NCBI GenBank assembly: GCA_028826165.1
Contig: JAPDFW010000030.1
Location: forward strand, 1-64,000
Origin: Anaeramoeba ignava BMAN
Taxonomy: Eukaryota > Protista > Anaeramoebae
Length of the DNA: 64,000 nucleotides
Direction of reading: 5' to 3'
This document shows positions 56,944 to 64,000 of this stretch, piece after piece (the stretch's first letter is position 1; each line of letters opens with the position of its first letter). Below the pieces are notes generated by a model. It searched no databases. It was not told the origin of the DNA and saw only the letters and a list, made by a program, of their open reading frames with translations. The position numbers and the translations under genes were made by a program.

Positions 56944-57039
56944 GGGGGATGTTCATCTTTGGCAATGTTTTAAGCTTTGAAATTAGCCACCCGCCCAAAG
57001 AAAAAGCTGGTGTTAACATACTCACCCGAGTCTACGCCC
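56944..57039. ncRNA. Putative structured ncRNA, GC island 1, second copy
   Basis: Identical to 45635-45730. Confidence 0.5.
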
Positions 57040-57156
57040 TTATTTATTTCTAATTATTAATTATTAATCAATCCAAATTAAATCAATTTAATAATTAATA
57101 ATTCTAATCAAAATTGAACAATATAAGAACAATAATGAAAAGAAATAAATAAGAAA

Positions 57157-57304
57157 CGCGACATTTGTCGTCTTCGTGTAAAGCCCCAAGTCGTCAACTG
57201 AGCCTCCCCGCCGTAGCGTAGCGGAGAGGCCGAAGGCCGGTGCATTGGGGGAGGTGAAGTTGAAAGACATTGGGGCATTTACTCGAAAAACGACAAAGTA
57301 CGCG
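57157..57304. ncRNA. Putative structured ncRNA, GC island 2, second copy
   Basis: Identical to 45859-46006. Confidence 0.6.
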
Positions 57305-58099
57305 ATATGATCCTTTCTTATATTTATATTTATATTTATATATTTATATTTATATATTTTATTTCAAGTAAATTTAATATCTAAATCCAAAAATTACTTT
57401 ATTAACTAATTTATTATTTGTAAGTTTATTTTAATTTCCAAAAATAAATTAATAAATTAATTAATTAATTTTATTCTATTTATAATTAATATTTATTCTA
57501 TTTTATTTTTATATTTATATTTATATTAGATAAAATGTTTATTTTATTTTATTTTATTTTATTTTATTCATCTTCATTTCCAAAATAAAAATAATTCCAA
57601 AAAAAATCTAAATTTATATTTATTAATATCTATCATTATTTATAATTATAATTTATCAAAATTAATTAATGGAATTTCTTTTTTCAATTAAATTAAATTA
57701 GATTAGATTAGATTTATCTATTATTCTAAATTATTTATCATTTTAAATTACTTTATTTATTTATTTATTTTTGTTTTTATTTTTATTTTTAAATAATAAA
57801 TAAATAAATTTTGATTTTGATTTTGGAAAATATCATTAATTGATTAATAAATAATAAAATAAAATAAATCAATAATTTATTTCTAATTCATTTTTTGTTT
57901 TTTGTTTTTGTTTTTGTTTTTGTTTTTTAATAATTTTTATTTTTAAATTTCCAAATTCATTTTTCATTTTTCATTTTTCATTTTTTTTCTTTTCAAAGAA
58001 TATTTATAAATATAAATATAAATATAAAAATTACCTTTAGAAAATGAAAGGAAACACCAAACACTAAAAAAATATTCAAATTCAATTTAATTTTTAATA

Positions 58100-58690
58100 A
58101 TAATTTATTTATTATTTTGCAATAAAATTAATTAAGAAATGATTTTAAAAAGAATTTATTATTAATATTAAATTATTATTATTAAAAATAAAGAAATAAA
58201 TTTAAAACAAAAATTAAAATAAAATTTTATTTAATTTTAATTATAATTATTTATTATTTTAATTTTTAATTTTAAAAATAATTTAATTTTATTATTATTT
58301 TAAAAAAAATAAAAATTAATAAAAAATGATTTTTAATTTTTAAAAATAATTAATTTATTATTATTTTAAAATAAAATTAATTAAGAAATGATTTTAAAAG
58401 AATTTATTATTAATATTAAATAAATATTATTAAAAATAAAGAAATAAAATTTAATTAAAATATTTTATTTAATTATTTTTATTTAATTTTTAATAATAAT
58501 TAATTTATTATTTTGCAATAAAATTAATTAAGAAATGATTTTAAAAAGAATTTATTATTAATATTAAATAAATATTATTAAAAATAAAGAAATAAAATTA
58601 ATTAAAATATTTTATTTATTATTTTACTTAATTTTTAATAATAATTAATTTATTATTTTGCAATAAAATTAATTAAGAAATGATTTTAAA
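58100..58690 (+). repeat. ~146 bp tandem repeat, distinct from satellite B
   Basis: ttattattttgcaataaaattaattaagaaatgattttaaaa recurs at ~58110, 58350 (variant), 58505 and 58650. Confidence 0.75.
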
Positions 58691-58809
58691 AACTTTTTAT
58701 TCATTTTTTTTTTTTCATTTTTGTTTTTTTCTAAATTAAAAAAATAAAAGAAAAAAGAAAAATCAAATAAAAATTTTAAAAACAAAATTATAAAAAAAAT
58801 AAAGAAAAT

Positions 58810-60180
58810 GTTAATTAAAATATAAAATAATTTATTTATATAATTTATAAAAAGATTTTATTATCTAAATTAATTCAAAATTGATTTAAAAATAAATATA
58901 AATTTAAATCAAAAATTAATTTTAATTAATTTTATTTCCAAAAATAAAAATAATTTTAAATAATTTTAAATAATAATATTTAATTAAATTTAAAAAGTAT
59001 AAATTAATTTGAAATAAATTAATAATATAAAATATAATTTTATTATTTATTTTCCTTATTAAATAATTAATAAAATAATTTAATAATTTTTAATATAAAT
59101 TTAATCAAAAATTAAATAAAAAAATTAAAATTAAAATGTAAAATAATTTATTTATATAATTTATAAAAAGAATTTATTATCTAAATTAATTCAAAATTGA
59201 TTTAAAAATAAATATAAATTTAAATCAAAAAAATTAATTTTAATTAATTTTATTTCCAAAAAATAAAATAATTTTAAATAAATTTAAATAATAATATTTA
59301 ATTAAATTTAAAGTATAAATTATTTTGAAATAAATTAATAATATAAAATATAATTTTATTATTTATTTTCCTTATTAAATAATTAATAAAATAATTTAAA
59401 CATTTTTAATATAAATTTAATCAAAAAATTAAATAATAAAAATTAAAATTAAAATGTAAAATAATTTATTTATATAATTTATAAAAAGAATTTTATTATC
59501 TAAATTAATTCAAAATTGATTTAAAAATAAATATAAATTTAAATCAAAAAAAATTAAATTTAATTAATTTTATTTCCAAAAATAAAATAATATTAAATAA
59601 TTTTAAATAATAATATTTAATTAAATTTAAAAGTATAAATTAATTTTGAAATAAATTAATAATATAAAATATAATTTTATTATTTAATTTTCCTTATTAA
59701 ATAATTAATAAAATAATTTAATCATTTTTAATATAAATTTAATCAAAAAATTAAATAATAAAAATTAAAATTAAAATGTAAAATAATTTATTTATATAAT
59801 TTATAAAAAGAATTTATTATCTAAATTAATTCAAAATTGATTTAAAAATAAATATAAATTTAAATCAAAAAAAATTAAATTTAATTAATTTTATTTCCAA
59901 AAAAATAAAATAATTTTAAATAAATTTAAATAATAATATTTAATTAATTTTAAATTATAAATTATTTTGAAATAAATTAATAATATAAAATATAATTTTA
60001 TTATTTATTTTCCTTATTAAATAATTAATAAAATAATTTAAACATTTTTAATATAAATTTAATCAAAAAATTAAATAATAAAAATTAAAATTAAAATATA
60101 AAATAATTTATTTATATAATTTATAAAAAGATTTTATTATCTAAATTAATTCAAAAATGATTTAAAAATAAATATAAATA
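58810..60180 (+). repeat. ~320 bp tandem repeat E (4 full units plus a partial)
   Basis: aaataatttatttatataatttataaaaag recurs at ~58825, 59140, 59459, 59780 and 60101. Confidence 0.9.
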
Positions 60181-63100
60181 TGTTAAAATTAATAATGAAG
60201 AAATTAAAATTGAAGAAATATTTAGATATTATTATTAAAGAAAATTTCAAATTTTTTTGCTTCAAAAATGATTTGAAATTGTTGATTTTATTCAAGAAAT
60301 AATTATTAAAACAATTTAGAAAATTGAAGAAGATGATTATTATTATTCAATAGTAAATTATTTTATTTGATTTAAAAATTTTTTTAATTCAAATTCCAAA
60401 ATAATTTTATTTATTTATTTAAAAAAGGAATACAATAGAATTTATCAAATAAAAACTCTCAAAAATTTATAAAATATTTCCTTTATATTCAAAAAAAAAT
60501 AATTTTGAAAATGAAACTTATTATATTAATTGAATAAAATTATGAAACAAAATTCCCAAATCAAAAAATCAAAATTGATACATTTTCTCTACAAAAAAGA
60601 AATCTAACAATAAATTTCAATTATCAAAACACAAATAATTTAAATTATCAAATTATTTACAAATTGAAATGAAATTCAAACAAAATTATAATCAACAAAA
60701 TAAATATATCTCTTCATAATATTTAAAAGAAAATCAAATCAAATTTACATTAATTTTGATTATGAAAATTTAATTGCAAAAACAAAAAAAAATAATAATA
60801 AAAGAAAAAGGAAATCAAATTGATAAATATTCAAGTTTTCACCTTTGTATTAAATCAAAAAAAAATTCACCAATAACATTATATCTCTTTTCTCAATTCA
60901 AAAATAATACAATAAAAAAATATATATTTCAGTTGATAAAATTGATATTAAAACAGAATCTTTGAATAGAAACACAAAGAAAATAGATTGAATCTAATTG
61001 AAAAAAAATTTGAAATCAATAAATCAAATATCAAGATAAAACCAAATATTATTATGGAATATTTTACAGAAGAAAAAGAAAAAAGAACTTAAAATGGATA
61101 TTTTAAAACAATTCTACATTTCAAAATCAAAAAAAGAATTTAACATAAAACAAACAATAACAAGCTTACTGTATTTTCATAATCTATTTATTGATATTAT
61201 AAAGAAAAACCTTTATATTCTCTTTTTAATGTTATTTCTTATTCGAAAAAAAGAAGAAGAAGAAATTTGTGGAATTAAATTAATAACCAAAATATTTCCT
61301 TAAAATCTATAATTAACACATGAAATATTTTATTAATTCTTATTTGTTTCTCCTGTTTTTTTATAGATCTTATTACAGAATTCATTTTAATATTTGAATT
61401 AAATGAAAAGTATTGATATTTAACATTATTGGATATTTTAAAAAGAAATTTAAAAGAAGAAAGAAAGAAAGAATTTTATTTAATATAGATTTTTCTATTA
61501 AGAAAAAATAGAATAACAATTAAGAGATAATCCACAAATTGAAACATTTACAATAAAAAGAAAAGAAAATATTCTTGATTTCCAAAATATTTCAACACTT
61601 ATTTGATCTTTTAATATTGAATATACAACAATTTTCATTCATTTCCCTTTCCAAAAACAAACTTTCTAACTGTTTACATCATTACAGAAATATTTTCTTC
61701 CACTTTAATCAATATTTCTCAAATCTCACAATTTTTCAAGATTTTTTTATTTTATTTATATTATGAAAAGAAAGAAGAATTTGAATTATTATCAACAACA
61801 AAAATATCTATCTTACATATATTCAACAATTTAATCCATAAACAGAAATACTTATTTCCATTTTTATTATTTCAAGAATTTATGAAAATTATTTAAATAT
61901 CTTCAATTTACTTTTGCATTGGAAACACTTGATACATATATTCAATAACTTAAAATAATAATTTGAATATTTATTTATTTCTTGAATCAAAATATCACAA
62001 ATAAACAATTAACCAAATATTGAACTTATGGAATTTTTTCCATTTTCTTGAAACTGAAAAAAAGATAAAATCAAAATATATTTCTTGAATATTTTTTTTT
62101 GAATAAAAAATTACTGATATCAATGAATACTTATTTTCACAAATCTTCACAAAATATTTCTCCTTTTATTTGTAAATATCAATTATTCAAAATACACAAA
62201 AAGAATATTTTCCACAAATATTTTGAAATTGATGATTAATTACAACTTTTTATATTCTAAAACAAAATTAACAAAATTCAACAACATTTTTGAATAATTT
62301 ATATATCCTTTCTTTAGAAATATTTCCACTTTCCAGAATATTATTTATTTCCATTTCAAAATTATTATTCAATTATTTTCTTCAAGAAAAAAGAATATTA
62401 AATTGAATTGAATTGAAAATACATTTCTTAATAATTTCAATAATATTCACAAATTCTTTATTTATTTCAAGGAAATATACTTCTATTTAATCTATTCAAA
62501 AAAATATAACAGATAGAACTCAATTTTATCAATTTAATTTAATTTAATTTAATTTAATTTAATTTAATTTAATTTAATACAAAATTATTCTTCATTTCTC
62601 CAAAATAATTGATAAAATTACAAAATTCCTAATCATAAATATTTATTAATCATTCCATTTTGAAGAGATTTCCATTAATATCAAACAAGAAAACTCTTTT
62701 TCAAAATATTAAATTCAATTTCAAATCCAATTTAAATTCACAAAATTCTAAACAATAACAAGTTATTTCTGTTCATTAATCTTAATTATTTAACAACAAC
62801 AAAAAAATTATTTATAAATTCTAACTTCTTTAAAATTGAGAAATTAAATCCTTATTGGAAAAACAAAAATGAAACAAATGAAAATAATCTTCAAAAATCC
62901 CAAATCACTTTTAAATTTCAATTCTCTTTACTTAAATATTGGAAAATGATATAAATATCAAAATTCTAACTCTTATTGAATTTATTATTTAAATCAATTT
63001 AATCAAGAAATATTCAAAATTCTTTTTAAAAAACATGATATCTGTTCATTTACTTAATCCAAAATATAATCCAAAACAAATTTGATTTCAAAATATTTCC

Positions 63101-63400
63101 AAATTCACAAATATTATAGAGATAAATCAATTATTATATAAATACTCAACAAATCTTCTTTAAAATATTTATCTTCAAATTTTGGAAGATTTTATTTAAT
63201 TCTACTTTTGAATAACTTTGAAAAACTATTTATTATTTATTTATTTATTCATTCATTTCTTTTTTATTCAACAAAATTTCCAAATTTATTTCCTTTATAA
63301 ACCTCAAACTCAAATCAAAACATTTCCAAAAAAAGAAATATTTCTTGATTTTTTATTACAAAATATAAAATATTCAAAAATTTTCTTTTTTGTTAATAGA
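60179..63400 (+). pseudogene. Decayed coding-like region, product unknown
   Basis: Non-repetitive, raised C/G content, protein-like + strand translation (e.g. NNEEIKIEEIFRYYY*RKFQIFLLQK*FEIVDFIQEIIIKTI*KIEEDDYYYSIV) interrupted by stops and frameshifts. Confidence 0.3.
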
Positions 63401-64000
63401 ATTAATATTTAAATTCCAAAAAAAAATAGATAGAATTAATATTTAAATTCCAAAAAAAAATAGATAGAATTGAATTGTTTTGATTTAAAAATTATTATTA
63501 AATTATTTCCAAAAAAAAAATAGAAAGAAATTCAATATTTAAATAGATTTAATTTATTTATAAATTCTTTCAAAAAAATATTTTAATTGATTTTTATTTG
63601 GAAAAAATAAATAAATTTAGTTAAAAAAATTCAAAATTATGATTAAGAACAATTTTATCAATTTTATTTCATTTTTGAAAAATAAATTAAATAAACAATT
63701 TGTTTTGAAATTTATTCAAAACTTAATAAATAAGAAATTTTCTTTTTTAATTTCTTTTTTTCTTTTTCTTTTTAATTAAAAATAAAAACAAATTTTCATT
63801 TTTTTTCATTTTTTTTCACAAAAGTAAACACAAAGAAATAAAAAGTAATTTATTTATATTTATTATTTTACACATAAATTAATTATCTAAATTATTTAAA
63901 TAATCAAAATATTTATAAATTATTTATTAATATTATTTAATTTCAATTTATTTTATTTATTAAAAAAAAAAGAAAAAAAAATAAAATTAAAAATTAAAAA

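Overview
Extremely AT-rich eukaryotic, protist-like genomic DNA with no supportable intact protein-coding gene. It contains one rDNA cistron on the + strand: an 18S rRNA gene lacking its 5' ~1.1 kb and fused to a (TAAA)n tract, then short ITS1, 5.8S, short ITS2 and a full 28S. The cistron sits between inverted copies of a dispersed ~0.6 kb module (here called X). From ~17 to ~58 kb lies a modular higher-order repeat with a ~11.2-11.5 kb period. It is built from ~170, ~146, 180 and 12 bp satellites plus shared linkers. One unit carries a TATA-flanked ~1.15 kb transposon-like insertion and one carries a 6-copy ~100 bp array with an invariant core. Two units carry an identical pair of GC-rich, self-complementary islands (96 and 148 nt) that match no RNA family I recognise; these are the best candidates for an undescribed ncRNA system. 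The right end has further tandem repeats and a decayed coding-like region. Some stretches look like consensus errors in collapsed repeats, so read-level validation is needed. Repeat boundaries were set by eye and are approximate.
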